Source: Candidatus Latescibacterota bacterium
GTDB lineage: Bacteria > Latescibacterota > UBA2968 > GCA-2709665
Length of the DNA stretch: 64,000 bases
Direction of reading: 5' to 3'
NCBI GenBank assembly: GCA_965237675.1
Contig: OZ250150.1
Location: 3,008,001 to 3,072,000, forward strand
In this document: positions 40,136 to 49,967 of the stretch, one piece after another
Numbering within the stretch: position 1 is the first letter of the stretch
Layout of the letters: every line of letters begins with the position of its first letter
The notes under the pieces: generated by a model
Told to the model about the DNA's origin: nothing
Database searches by the model: none
What the model saw: the letters and a program-made list of their open reading frames with translations, nothing else
Position numbers and translations under genes: made by a program

Positions 40136-41949
40136 GAGTCCACTCCGAAAAGTCGAGTTTACTTATTGAGGAAAAAGTACTAAATTTCAAGGTGAGAAGA
40201 GGTTTCAAAGTTGCGGACGTATAAAGGAAAAAGCGAGGGTATAGAATCAATGTATAAGAGAAGCGCGTCATGCAGCCAACCGGATCTGTTTTCGGGCTTC
40301 GAGTCGCATTTCAAGAGGCGCAAGCAGGACCAGTTGAATGATCCGAAGTCGTGGCATAATCTGTTTTACCAGCACGTCACGTCAAAGATAGAAGAGGATG
40401 TGTTTTCGGTGTTGTTTGATCCCAACCAAGGCCGCCCCAATGCGCCGATTCGTCACCTGGTGTCGATGATGATCTTGAAGGAGGGCTTTGGGTGGAGCGA
40501 TGCCCAACTATTCGAGCATTGTCGGTTCAACATCCTGGTGATGCGGGCATTGGGGTTGATGAATCTATGCGATGAAGTGCCTGCGGAGTCCACGTATTAT
40601 TTGTTCAAGCAGGCCTTGTATGCGGATCAACTCGAAGCCGGTCGAGATCTGATTGGAGAGACCTTTTCCAGCTTGACACAGACGCAGGCCAACGCCTTTG
40701 GTGTATTAGGTCAGCACATCCGAATGGACAGTAAGTTGATCGGCTCTAACATTGCCCTGTGTTGTCGGTTGCAGTTGGTGGTGCGTTGCTTACAAGGGTT
40801 CTGGGGGTCGCTGGACAAGGCCCAAAAGCGACGATCATCGGCAAAAAATCAGCAGGTTTTGGACGGATTGCTGAAGGTGAAGGCGCATCAGGTTGTCTAT
40901 GGTCTCACCCGCGCTGAAAAGTGTGAGAAGCTGCAGGAATGCGGGCAGTTATTGAGCAGGCTTCAAGCGACCTATACCGACGAAGACAGCGGTCACTACG
41001 GTCTGATCGTGCGTGTTATGGGGGATCAATATACCGTTTTATCGTCCTCCAAACAGGTGCTTCCGAAGCCTCCTAAAGAGATCTCCTCATCCTCCTTGCA
41101 GTCTGCCGATGATGAAGATGCGACCTTTCGCAGGAAAGGGAAGGACAAGGTGAAAGGATACAGTGTCAACCTCACCGAGACCTGTGGTGAGGACGGCCTC
41201 AATTTGATCACGGACGTTGACGTCAAACCGGCGACGACGCCCGACAATGCGTTTGTACAAGCGGCCATCGAGCGGACGCAACAGGTCGTGGGTGACGCCT
41301 TGGAAGTGTCAATGGATGGGGCCTATAATGATCAATCCAACGCCGAGTATGCAAAAGAACAGGACAAGCAATTCTATTACAGTGGCCTGCAAGGAACCCC
41401 AGGACGTTTCATTTATGAACGCACAGAAGATGGCGTCACCGTCATCGATCAACAAACCGGAGAGGTTCACATAGCCCAAGAATACAAACCGGGAAAATAC
41501 AAAATCATCATGGATGGCAAACCCCGATACTTTAAAGAACAGCACATCGACAATTACCTCAAACGCAAACAGATTGAAGCCCTGCCTGACCACATCAGAA
41601 ACCGACGCAATAACGTCGAAGCCAGCATCTTTCAGTTGAGCTACTACACCAAAGATGGCAAGACGCGCTATCGCGGACTGAGGCCACACCAATTGTGGGC
41701 GCACTGTCGCGGCTTATGGGTCAACCTCGTTCGGATCAAGAACTACCTCGCAACACCTCCGATGCTCCCCGCATAAGGGGGGGTTTCTTGCAAAAACCTC
41801 CATACCATAGGCCCTGAGCAACTTCGTAGGTTGCCCCTGAGTTGATTTGCCGCACCTACACGTTATATCGTCGCCACACGCTAAATCACAATACCCAACC
41901 CTGACCACTTACATCAGGCCTTTATAACCCCCGTTTTCGGAGGGGACTC
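40136..41949 (+). mobile_element. insertion sequence (IS5/IS1182-like DDE)
   Basis: TIRs GAGTCCACTCCGAAAA / TTTTCGGAGGGGACTC; 6-bp TSD AGCCTT at 40130-40135 and 41950-41955. Confidence 0.92.
40250..41776 (+). CDS. DDE transposase
   Basis: GRP...WSD..L DUF772-like N-terminus; RMDSK, MDGAY, RNNVEA catalytic residues. Confidence 0.9.
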   Translation: MYKRSASCSQPDLFSGFESHFKRRKQDQLNDPKSWHNLFYQHVTSKIEEDVFSVLFDPNQGRPNAPIRHLVSMMILKEGFGWSDAQLFEHCRFNILVMRALGLMNLCDEVPAESTYYLFKQALYADQLEAGRDLIGETFSSLTQTQANAFGVLGQHIRMDSKLIGSNIALCCRLQLVVRCLQGFWGSLDKAQKRRSSAKNQQVLDGLLKVKAHQVVYGLTRAEKCEKLQECGQLLSRLQATYTDEDSGHYGLIVRVMGDQYTVLSSSKQVLPKPPKEISSSSLQSADDEDATFRRKGKDKVKGYSVNLTETCGEDGLNLITDVDVKPATTPDNAFVQAAIERTQQVVGDALEVSMDGAYNDQSNAEYAKEQDKQFYYSGLQGTPGRFIYERTEDGVTVIDQQTGEVHIAQEYKPGKYKIIMDGKPRYFKEQHIDNYLKRKQIEALPDHIRNRRNNVEASIFQLSYYTKDGKTRYRGLRPHQLWAHCRGLWVNLVRIKNYLATPPMLPA

Positions 41950-44328
41950 AGCCTTGCCATTTTCAAAACATGGTGTCACCTTTGACAATAACACATCGTT
42001 GTCCGCGAAGTAGGTGTAGCTGGCGCCAACCTGACCGAGTAATCTCTGCTCCTTAGCGACGAACGTGATCTGATTCTCGTTGAGATCCGACATCGGTACA
42101 AATGAGACTGTTGCATCCATTGATATCGACGCGAGTTCGGATTTGCGAGGATTGACAATACAAATCTCTCCAATTGGTACAAACGGGAATTCACTACTGA
42201 TCCTTGTTGTCTCCCGATACCTCTCCCCACTCAGACTGTATTCCCCACCTTCCTTGATTTTGGTTTTTTCGACGATGAGGGCCGCGCCTTGCTGGATGAG
42301 TTTCTGCAACACTGACTCATCGGGGGTGGGGGGCGTTTCGTCTTTATCCTGCCTATCCTGTCCATCCATGTTCCCCCTGCCATCCATGTATTCCTTCAAA
42401 GCCAGTTGCGTTTTCGGGAGGTCGTTCTTGTCAATCGGTCTGCGCTGAGCACCAAGGTCGAAGCCGTCGTTTTCGACCTTGAAAAAGGCGATGTAGTCCG
42501 TCCTTTTCGCCAGGGTTTTGTCGAGGATCAGGATGGATGTCTTGACGCCGGAGTAGGGATTGAACACACCCGCGGGAAGAGAGACCACGGCCACGAGGTA
42601 CTCCTCGACCAGCATCTTGCGCAACTGTTTATGGGCGTTCTGGCTCTGAAAGATGATACCCTCGGGCACGATGATCCCGGCGCGGCCGGCTGGCGTGAGA
42701 TGCTCGGCCATGTAGTCCACGAACAGCACTTCGCTGCGTTTCGATTTCACCGAAAAGTGGCTGTGCGGGCGGATGCCGCCCTTGGGCGACATGAACGGCG
42801 GATTGGCCAGAATCACTTCGGCGTACTCGTTCCAGCGGTCCTCGCTGGTGAGGGTGTCGTATTCGAAGATGTGCGGGTCGGCGAAGCCGTGCAGGTACAT
42901 GTTTACCAGCGACAGGCGCACCATGTCCGGCGAGATGTCGTAGCCCTTGAAGTTGGCCGCGAGTTTGGCCCGTTCGTCCGGCGTGAACGTGCTGTGTCCC
43001 TTGTCGTCGGTATTGGCCGCATGGATATGCTTGTACGACGAAATCAGAAACCCGGCGGTGCCGCAGGCCGGGTCGAGGATGGTTTCGTTCTTCCTGGGGT
43101 CGATGACGGCGACCATGAAGTCGATGATATGGCGGGGGGTTCGGAACTGTCCGGCGTCGCCCTGGGACCCGAGGACCGAGAGCAGGTACTCGAAGGCGTC
43201 GCCGAGCCGCTCTGAATGGTCATAGGTAAACTCGTCGATGACTTTCAGGAAGGCGCGGAGGGTCTCAGGGTCTCGATACGGGAGATAGGCGTTGTTGAAG
43301 ATGTCACGGAAAAGCGGCGGGATGCCGGGGTTCTCGGGCATCTTGACAATGGCCTCGGCGTAGCGATTCAGGACTTCGTGTCCGCCCAGGCCGGATCGCA
43401 TCAGCCTGGCCCAGCCGAACCGGGCGAAGTCACCGGCGAAGAACTTCCGCGCGCCTCCGAATTCCTCGCTACCGGCGTCCATGTCGTCCATGAACTTGTA
43501 GATCAACGCGATGGTAATCTGCTCGACCTGGCTCTTGGGATCGGGCACCTTTCCGACAAGGATGTCTCGAGCGGTATCGATACGCCGTTTCGTTTCGCTA
43601 TCAAGCATAGGTAGAAGATCCTTTTTGGCCACAAAAAGCACAAAATGCACAGAAGGGATAGAAGCCAACCGGCGTGTGAAGAAACGCCTGCAGTCCGTAA
43701 GGAATATTGGCGTTATTCGTAGCTATTCAGCAGTTCACGCAATAAGCCTTTTTGTGTTTTTGTGCCTTTTGTGGCAATTGTTTTTACGCGGCAAACTGGT
43801 TGAGCGGGATAATAACCACAAAAAGCACAGAACGCACAGAAATTAAGGAGCTGAATGGCAGGTGTCGAATCGACTCGATTCTGTAGTTATCACGGTGTTT
43901 TTCTTGGCTATATAGCCAGTTACTGGTTAATTCTTTTTTTGTGTTTTTGTGCCTTTTGTGGCAATTGTTTTTACACGGCAAACTGGTTGAGTAGGACGAT
44001 AGCCACAAAAAGCACAGACGGCACAGAAATTAAGGAGCTGAATGGCAGGTGTAGAATCGACTCGATTCTGTAGTCAGTACGGTGTTTCTCTTGGCTATAC
44101 ACCCTGTAACTGATTGGTTCTTTTTGTGTTTTTGTGCCTTTTGTGGCAATTGTTTTTGCGCGGCAAACTGGCTAAGCGGGACAATAACCACAAAAAGCAC
44201 AGAAAGCACAGAAAGTGAACATCAGCGTACAAACGGTCAGAATTCGATCGCCCTACGTGCCAATATAGAGTGAGACAACTCCCCATCCGAGTTTAGTGTA
44301 GGTTTGAGGGCGGAGAGGAGAGCAAGAG

Positions 44329-44797
44329 ATGATGAGTATGGACAACGGCCGACAGGAGCAGGTGTCGGTAGCAGTCCCGGAGCGGAGCGAAGGGACTGCT
44401 ACCGAGGCGCCCCGCCCTGACCCGGAAGTGCCAGAGAAGGCGAAGCGCCGGCGGTTCACTGCGCGGTACAAGCTTCGGGTCCTCCAAGAGGCGGAGGCGT
44501 GTCGAGAGCCGGGTCAGCTCGGCGCATTGCTGCGACGAGAGGGGCTATACTCCTCGCACCTGGCACAATGGCGTCGCGCCCGGCGTGAAAGGATCGTTGA
44601 AGGCGCTTTCCAAGCAGCGCGGTCCCAAGGGCCGTCGTCGCGAACCGGTGGCCGTCGAGAACGAGCAGCTACGCAAAGAAAACGCTCGGTTGCGACGACG
44701 CCTGGAGCAGGCGCAGATGGTCCTTGAGATCCAAAAAAAAGCCTCGGAGATCCTGGGCATCCCCCTGAACCCGCCGCCGAGCGACGACGACGCATGA
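44329..44797 (+). pseudogene. IS3-family OrfA with internal +1 frameshift
   Basis: RRRFTARYKL, LLRREGLYSSHL..WR, then GSLKAL...LEIQKKAS in another frame; extra A at 44588-44590. Confidence 0.75.
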
Positions 44798-45807
44798 AAG
44801 CCGCCGCCGAACAATTGGCCCCGACCGTCGGCTTGGCTTCGGCGTGCCGCGCGTTGGGTGTGGCTCGGGCCTCGGTCTACCGGCAGCGCAAGCCCCCTGT
44901 GTCGAGACGCCGTCCCTGTTGCCGGCCTTCGCCGCGTGCGCTGGCCCCGCCGGAGCGAGCCCACGTGCTGGACGTGCTGCACGAGGACCGCTTCGTAGAC
45001 CGAGCCCCGGCGGCAGTATACGCCATCCTGCTGGAGCAAGGACGGTATCTGTGCTCGATACGAACGATGTATCGCCTGCTCCACAATGCCAAAGAGGTGC
45101 ACGAGCGACGACGACAGCGGCGCCACCCGCATCGGGAACCGCCGCGCCTGGTGGCCACCGCCCCAAACCAGGTGTGGACTTGGGACATCACGCGCCTGCC
45201 GGGTCCGCGCAAGTGGGTGACCTATCCCCTCTATGTGGTGCTGGATCTGTTCTCGCGCTACGTCGTGGCTTGGATGGTGGCCACGTGCGAGAGCGCCACC
45301 CGGGCGCAGCGGTTAATCCACAGCGCCTGCCAAAAGCAGGACATCGAGCCCGGACAACTCACCCTGCACCAGGACCGGGGTGGGCCGATGACGGCTAAGA
45401 CGTTTTCGCAGTTGTTGATCGATCTGGACATCCTGGCCAGCTACTCGAGGCCGCGCGTGTCCGATGACAATCCGTACTCGGAAAGCCAATTCAAGACGCT
45501 TAAATACGCACCGACGTACCCGGGGCGCTTTTCCAGTACTCACAACGCGCGCACCTATTTCCAGACGTTTTTCCCCTGGTACAACACCCAACACCGTCAC
45601 AGTGGATTGGGGCTGCTCACACCGGACAAAGTGCACTACGGCCTGGCCGACGAGATTCAGACGGCACGACAGCACGTGCTCCACAAGGCCTTTGCAAACC
45701 ATCCTGAACGCTTCGTCAACGGCCCGCCTCGACCACCACGGGTTCCTCGTGCAGTCTGGATCAATCAGCCACCAAACTCCATCGAATGCGACCGTATGCG
45801 TCATTGA
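44794..45807 (+). CDS. IS3-family OrfB transposase (rve core)
   Basis: PNQVWTWDIT, LDLFSRY, HQDRG, DNPYSESQFKTLKY, YNTQHRH. Confidence 0.92.
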   Translation: MKAAAEQLAPTVGLASACRALGVARASVYRQRKPPVSRRRPCCRPSPRALAPPERAHVLDVLHEDRFVDRAPAAVYAILLEQGRYLCSIRTMYRLLHNAKEVHERRRQRRHPHREPPRLVATAPNQVWTWDITRLPGPRKWVTYPLYVVLDLFSRYVVAWMVATCESATRAQRLIHSACQKQDIEPGQLTLHQDRGGPMTAKTFSQLLIDLDILASYSRPRVSDDNPYSESQFKTLKYAPTYPGRFSSTHNARTYFQTFFPWYNTQHRHSGLGLLTPDKVHYGLADEIQTARQHVLHKAFANHPERFVNGPPRPPRVPRAVWINQPPNSIECDRMRH

Positions 45808-45874
45808 ATTCTCACGCGAGGTGTCTCATTCCTATTGACATGTTCCGTCGCGCCTTTTGTGGCTACGAAGCAAT

Positions 45875-46255
45875 TCACAGGATTAGCTTTTTTACCTGGA
45901 GCTTTGCGGCGCCGAAGTTGATGAGCATAGCGTCACGATGACCGGATGCGCGGAGATAGCCCAGCGTCTGTGCGATATGTTCCGGTGCCAAAGTCCTGGC
46001 AGCCTTAAGCTCAAGAACAAGGCAGTTTTCCACGAACAAATCGGCAAAGAAGCTGCCGAGGAGCGTACCGTCTTCATCGCGCACCTGTAGAGGCTTTTGC
46101 TGCTCGACAGAAAGGCCAATCTTACTCAAACGGTGGGCCATTCCATTCTCATACACCTTCTCCAGGTGACCATTCCGAAGATGGGTATGCAATTCAAAAG
46201 CCGTTTGCCGAACCTTATCACACAAATCTCGAACGCGCTGGTCGTCTCTTTTCAC
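45875..46255 (-). CDS. GxxExxY protein (PD-(D/E)XK-like nuclease fold)
   Basis: GHLEKVY motif, ADLFVE..LVLELKA, HIAQTLGYL, LINFG; GTG start at 46255. Confidence 0.92.
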   Translation of the reverse strand: MKRDDQRVRDLCDKVRQTAFELHTHLRNGHLEKVYENGMAHRLSKIGLSVEQQKPLQVRDEDGTLLGSFFADLFVENCLVLELKAARTLAPEHIAQTLGYLRASGHRDAMLINFGAAKLQVKKLIL

Positions 46256-47281
46256 TTTATAACCGATCAATTGGCCACAAAAAGCACAAAAGGCACCGAA
46301 AGTATAGAAGCCAAACGGCAGGTGCCGAAACAACGGGACTCAACATCCATTATCGGTGTCGGCGGTGGCCCATCATCAGTTTGGCCACAAAAAGCACAAA
46401 AGGTACAGAAATTAAATGGCTGAACAGCGGGTGTAGAATCGACTCCATTCTGTAGTCACTGCGGTGTTTTCCTAGGCTATACACCCTGTAACTGAATAGT
46501 TCCTTTTTGTGTTTTTGTGCCTTTTGTGGCCATTGCCTTTAAGCCGCGAACTGGCTGAACGGGAAAATAACCACAAAAAGCACAGAAGGCACAGAAATTA
46601 GAGAACTGAACGGCAGGTGTAGAACCGCCTCGATTCCCTAGCTAATACGGTGTTTTTCTAGGCCATTTGCCGGTTTTCGGGGTCGTTTCCTTTTGTGTTT
46701 TTGTGCCTTTTGTGGCCATTGATTTTATGCAGCAAACTGGTTCAGCGGGACAAAAAGCACAGAAGGCACAGAGGGTGCAGAATAGAAACGACATGTGTAG
46801 CAACGACTGCACTCGGTATCGACTATTGGTGTCATTCGCGGCTATTCAGCAGTTCACGGAATAGGCCTTTTTGCCTTTTGTGTTTTTGTGCCTTTTGTGG
46901 CCATTGTCTTTACACGGCAAACTGATTGAGCGGGACGACAACCACAAAAAGCACAGAAGGCACAGAAATTAAGGAGCTGAACGGCAGGTGTCGAATCGAC
47001 TCGATTCTGTAGTTATTACGCTGTTTTTCTTGGCTATACAGCCAGTAACTGGTTAATTCTTTTTTTTGTGTTTTTGTGCCTTTTGTGGCAATTGTTTTTA
47101 CGCGGCAAACTGGTTGAGCGGGATAATAACCACAAAAAGCACAGAACGCACAGAAGGTATAGAAGCTAAACGGCATGTGTAGAAACGACGGGATTCAGTA
47201 TCGACTATTGGTGTCATTCGTGGCTATTCATCCTTTCACAGAATAAGTATTTTTCTCTTGTGCCTTTTGTGGCAATCGATT

Positions 47282-49813
47282 CTATGCAGCAAACTGGTTC
47301 AAAGGTACGTAGTCTTTCACGTATTCGGGAACGAGGGTGCGGTATTTTTCCGGTACGGCCCCCAGGTCTTTCATTGAGAGAACCGGGCTCGTGGCCAGGT
47401 CGGTGAAGTGCCGGTTTTCGATGATGTGGCGGATCTGGTCGCTTGTGACGTACGCCTTGAAATAGGTCTTGATCGCGGGGATGGACTCGACCTCCTCGGG
47501 GGTGTAGTCGGCCACGAACTTCGCGAATTCCTCTTCCAGCATTTCGTCCCTGGATTTAAATCGCGGGATCAGCCCGAACACTTTCTCCAGAATCTCCCGC
47601 AGGGTGATGCGGCGGTCCACGGCCGCTGCTCGGCGCAGCTTTTCAAGGGTGTAGTACTCCTCGGGTCGGTCGAAGACCTCCTGGTTGACGTAGTCGATGA
47701 CCCGGTCCCAGTGACCGGCCTCCACGGCCTGGGCGATAGTGTCGTCCTTGCGCACGGCATCCTCGAATTTCTCGAAGAACATGCGGTCGATCTTCATCCC
47801 TTCCGAACCGATGGCCTCGACCTGGATCGAGGAGAGGATGTCCCTGCCCAGGTATTCGTAGGCGCCCGCGTCGGACCCGGGCTGTTCCCCGCCCCCTCTT
47901 TCATGGGCGTCTTTATAGACCACAGGCAAATTCAACACTTCGTCGTAGTTGAACTCGGTCTCGAAGTATTCGCAGCTGGCGAAGAAGTCGAACAGCTTGA
48001 ACGCGGTCTTATCGGGCTCGTCTACGCGTTCCGCCACGGCCGGATTGAGCAACTGCTCGAGGAAGTCGTGTTTCCGCGTGCCCCGCCCCTTGATCTGGAT
48101 GAAGTCGGTGGGGGAGAAGATGGGGCGGAACAGACCCAGATTCAGAATATCCGTGCAATCGTACCCGGTGGTCATCATGCCAACGGTCACACAGACCCGC
48201 GCTTTACATGTCCGATAGGAGGGGAGAAAGTTGCACGAGCCGAGCAGTTTATTGTTTGCAAAATTGATGGTTAGCTGCTGCGCGTGCGCAATCTGCGACG
48301 TCACCTGAACCGCAAAATCCGATTGATAGCGGTCAGGAAACATGACGTGGGCCATGGCGTTGAGGATCTGAGTCAATCTTGCCGCGTGGTTCTGGCTGAC
48401 TGCAAAGACGATGGACTTGCCGACTTCGCCGCTGACGGGGTCCCGCAGCGCATTCTCCAGGAAAGTCTTGCAGAAAAGCTGGTTGGTCGCTTCGGAATAG
48501 AAACGCTTCTCAAATTCACGCTGTTTGTAGGCCTCTTCCTGCTCTTCTCCCTCATCGTCCTTAAAAGAAACGACGAATCCCTGTTCCGAGAGCAAATCGG
48601 TCGTCACCTTCGTGCGTGCGTCCACAACCGTCGGATTGATCAGATAGCCATCTTTCACGCCGTCGAGCAGCGAGTACTTGAACGTGGGCTGCCCGCTCTC
48701 GCATCCAAACGTGCGGTAGGTATCCATCAGAAGCCGGCGTTCGGCGTCGCGCGGATCCCGCGTGGTGGGGTGCGTGTGGTCGAACCCCTTGAGGTAGTCG
48801 CGGGGGGTTGCGGTGAGGCCCAGCTTGTACCCCACGAAATAGTCGAATACGGACCGGGCATTGCCGCCGATGGACCGGTGCGCTTCGTCCGAGATGACGA
48901 GGTCGAAGTCGGTCGGTGAGAAAAGGGTCTGGTACTTGTTGTTGAACAGGAGCGATTGGACCGTGGTAACGACAATCTCCTCGGAGCGCCAGTCGTCGCG
49001 CCGCTCTTTGTAGACCACCGTCTGAAAGTCGGCCGAAAGCAGTGCAGCGAAGACCTTCCGTGCCTGCTCCTCGAGTTCCAGCCGGTCGACGAGGAACAGG
49101 ACGCGAGACGCGTTGCCGGAACGGAGAAAAAGCTTTATGACCGCGGCGGCGACAAGGGTCTTTCCCGTACCCGTGGCCATCTCGAACAGAAATCGGTCTC
49201 TGCCGTCTTTCACCGCCCGTTGCAGGGAGTGAACGGCTCTGAGTTGGTAATCACGGAGGAAGCGAAGGTTGTTGGCCTTGATGAAACCTGGGCGTTCGGT
49301 TTCGTTCTTCCACGCGGCTTCCGAGCGGTAATTCGGCCGCTGGGTGAGCACGATGTAGTCCTCGCCGACCCGCTCGTCAACCAGGCGCTGCGGGTTGGGC
49401 TGGACTCTGTTGTAGACGGTTACGGATTGCGGCGTCGGGAACGATGTGACAACGTACGGATTGCCTCGTTCGAGGTCCCAGAAGTAATGCAGGTTTCCGT
49501 TCGATAGGATAACGAAACGGCAGGCCTGCGAGCGGGCGTACTTTCGCGCCTGCTCCTTGCCCGCCAAGGGATCCTTGTCTTCCGACTTGGCCTCCAGGAC
49601 AATGAGGGGAAAACCTTTGCCGTCCAACAGCAGAAAATCGATACGACCAGACGTCCCCTCGAAATCGTCGCCCAATGCGTCGAGGTCCGCGTTTTTCAGG
49701 ACGACCTTGTGTTCGACGCGAATGTTGCCGGGCTTGCCTTCATCATCGAAGAAGCGCCACCCGGCCGCCTCGAGCATTTTATTGATCTTGATTCGCGCCG
49801 CTGCTTCATTCAT
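47282..49813 (-). CDS. hsdR: type I restriction enzyme subunit R
   Basis: IDFLL..LEAK..QARKYA nuclease, LRDYQ, MATGTGKT, DEAHRS, GLTATP, QIKGRGTR. Confidence 0.93.
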   Translation of the reverse strand: MNEAAARIKINKMLEAAGWRFFDDEGKPGNIRVEHKVVLKNADLDALGDDFEGTSGRIDFLLLDGKGFPLIVLEAKSEDKDPLAGKEQARKYARSQACRFVILSNGNLHYFWDLERGNPYVVTSFPTPQSVTVYNRVQPNPQRLVDERVGEDYIVLTQRPNYRSEAAWKNETERPGFIKANNLRFLRDYQLRAVHSLQRAVKDGRDRFLFEMATGTGKTLVAAAVIKLFLRSGNASRVLFLVDRLELEEQARKVFAALLSADFQTVVYKERRDDWRSEEIVVTTVQSLLFNNKYQTLFSPTDFDLVISDEAHRSIGGNARSVFDYFVGYKLGLTATPRDYLKGFDHTHPTTRDPRDAERRLLMDTYRTFGCESGQPTFKYSLLDGVKDGYLINPTVVDARTKVTTDLLSEQGFVVSFKDDEGEEQEEAYKQREFEKRFYSEATNQLFCKTFLENALRDPVSGEVGKSIVFAVSQNHAARLTQILNAMAHVMFPDRYQSDFAVQVTSQIAHAQQLTINFANNKLLGSCNFLPSYRTCKARVCVTVGMMTTGYDCTDILNLGLFRPIFSPTDFIQIKGRGTRKHDFLEQLLNPAVAERVDEPDKTAFKLFDFFASCEYFETEFNYDEVLNLPVVYKDAHERGGGEQPGSDAGAYEYLGRDILSSIQVEAIGSEGMKIDRMFFEKFEDAVRKDDTIAQAVEAGHWDRVIDYVNQEVFDRPEEYYTLEKLRRAAAVDRRITLREILEKVFGLIPRFKSRDEMLEEEFAKFVADYTPEEVESIPAIKTYFKAYVTSDQIRHIIENRHFTDLATSPVLSMKDLGAVPEKYRTLVPEYVKDYVPLNQFAA

Positions 49814-49849
49814 GGATGGGTTATCTCTTATTTCATTCAGAATCAACTA

Positions 49850-49967
49850 ACATGGATGGACAGGATATACTGTGATTACCGTGATTAGTGGGATTTAACT
49901 GTGATTCAAATGATTGGTGGGATTTGAGTGTTTCGCTTTTCATCCTGTATATCCTGTGTTTCCATGT
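49850..49967. repeat. facing pair of CATGGAT-family repeats enclosing TGATTA-family repeats
   Basis: ACATGGATGGACAGGAT 49850; ACTGTGATTACCGTGATTA 49869; ATCCTGTATATCCTGTGTTTCCATGT 49942-49967. Confidence 0.78.

Larger units (their letters stand above)
39230..43608 (-). pseudogene. fused type I RM methyltransferase-specificity gene (hsdM-hsdS), interrupted by an IS
   Basis: GQFRTP, DPACGTAGF, NPPF motifs then two TRD/PLPPL..Q repeats; removing IS 40136-41949 and one TSD restores FENGKAGIARNL and an 852-aa frame. Confidence 0.9.
44251..45847 (+). mobile_element. IS3-family element inserted in the repeat array
   Basis: Imperfect TIRs TGCCAATATAGAGTGAGACAACTC / GAGGTGTCTCATTCCTATTGACA; flanking TCG duplication 44248-44250 / 45848-45850. 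Confidence 0.85.
43628..47273. repeat. array of ~186-bp hairpin units (CCACAAAAAGCACAGAAGGCACAGAA ... TTTTGTGTTTTTGTGCCTTTTGTGGC) with recoded hsdR 3' ends
   Basis: Left arms at 43628, 43816, 44002, 44188, 46274, 46384, 46571, 46750, 46942, 47130; right arms end at 43775, 43962, 44147, 45863 (partial), 46530, 46716, 46901, 47089, 47273. Confidence 0.92.

Noticed and set aside
43784-44286. Short ORFs rich in FCAFCG/ATKSTE motifs within the array (also 46667-47176)
   Set aside because: Products of translating the 9-nt repeats; frames are not conserved between units (lengths 184-188 bp) and lack RBS
43628-47273. CRISPR array
   Set aside because: Repeats alternate in orientation, the intervening sequences are homologous to each other rather than unique 30-40 bp spacers, and no cas genes are present
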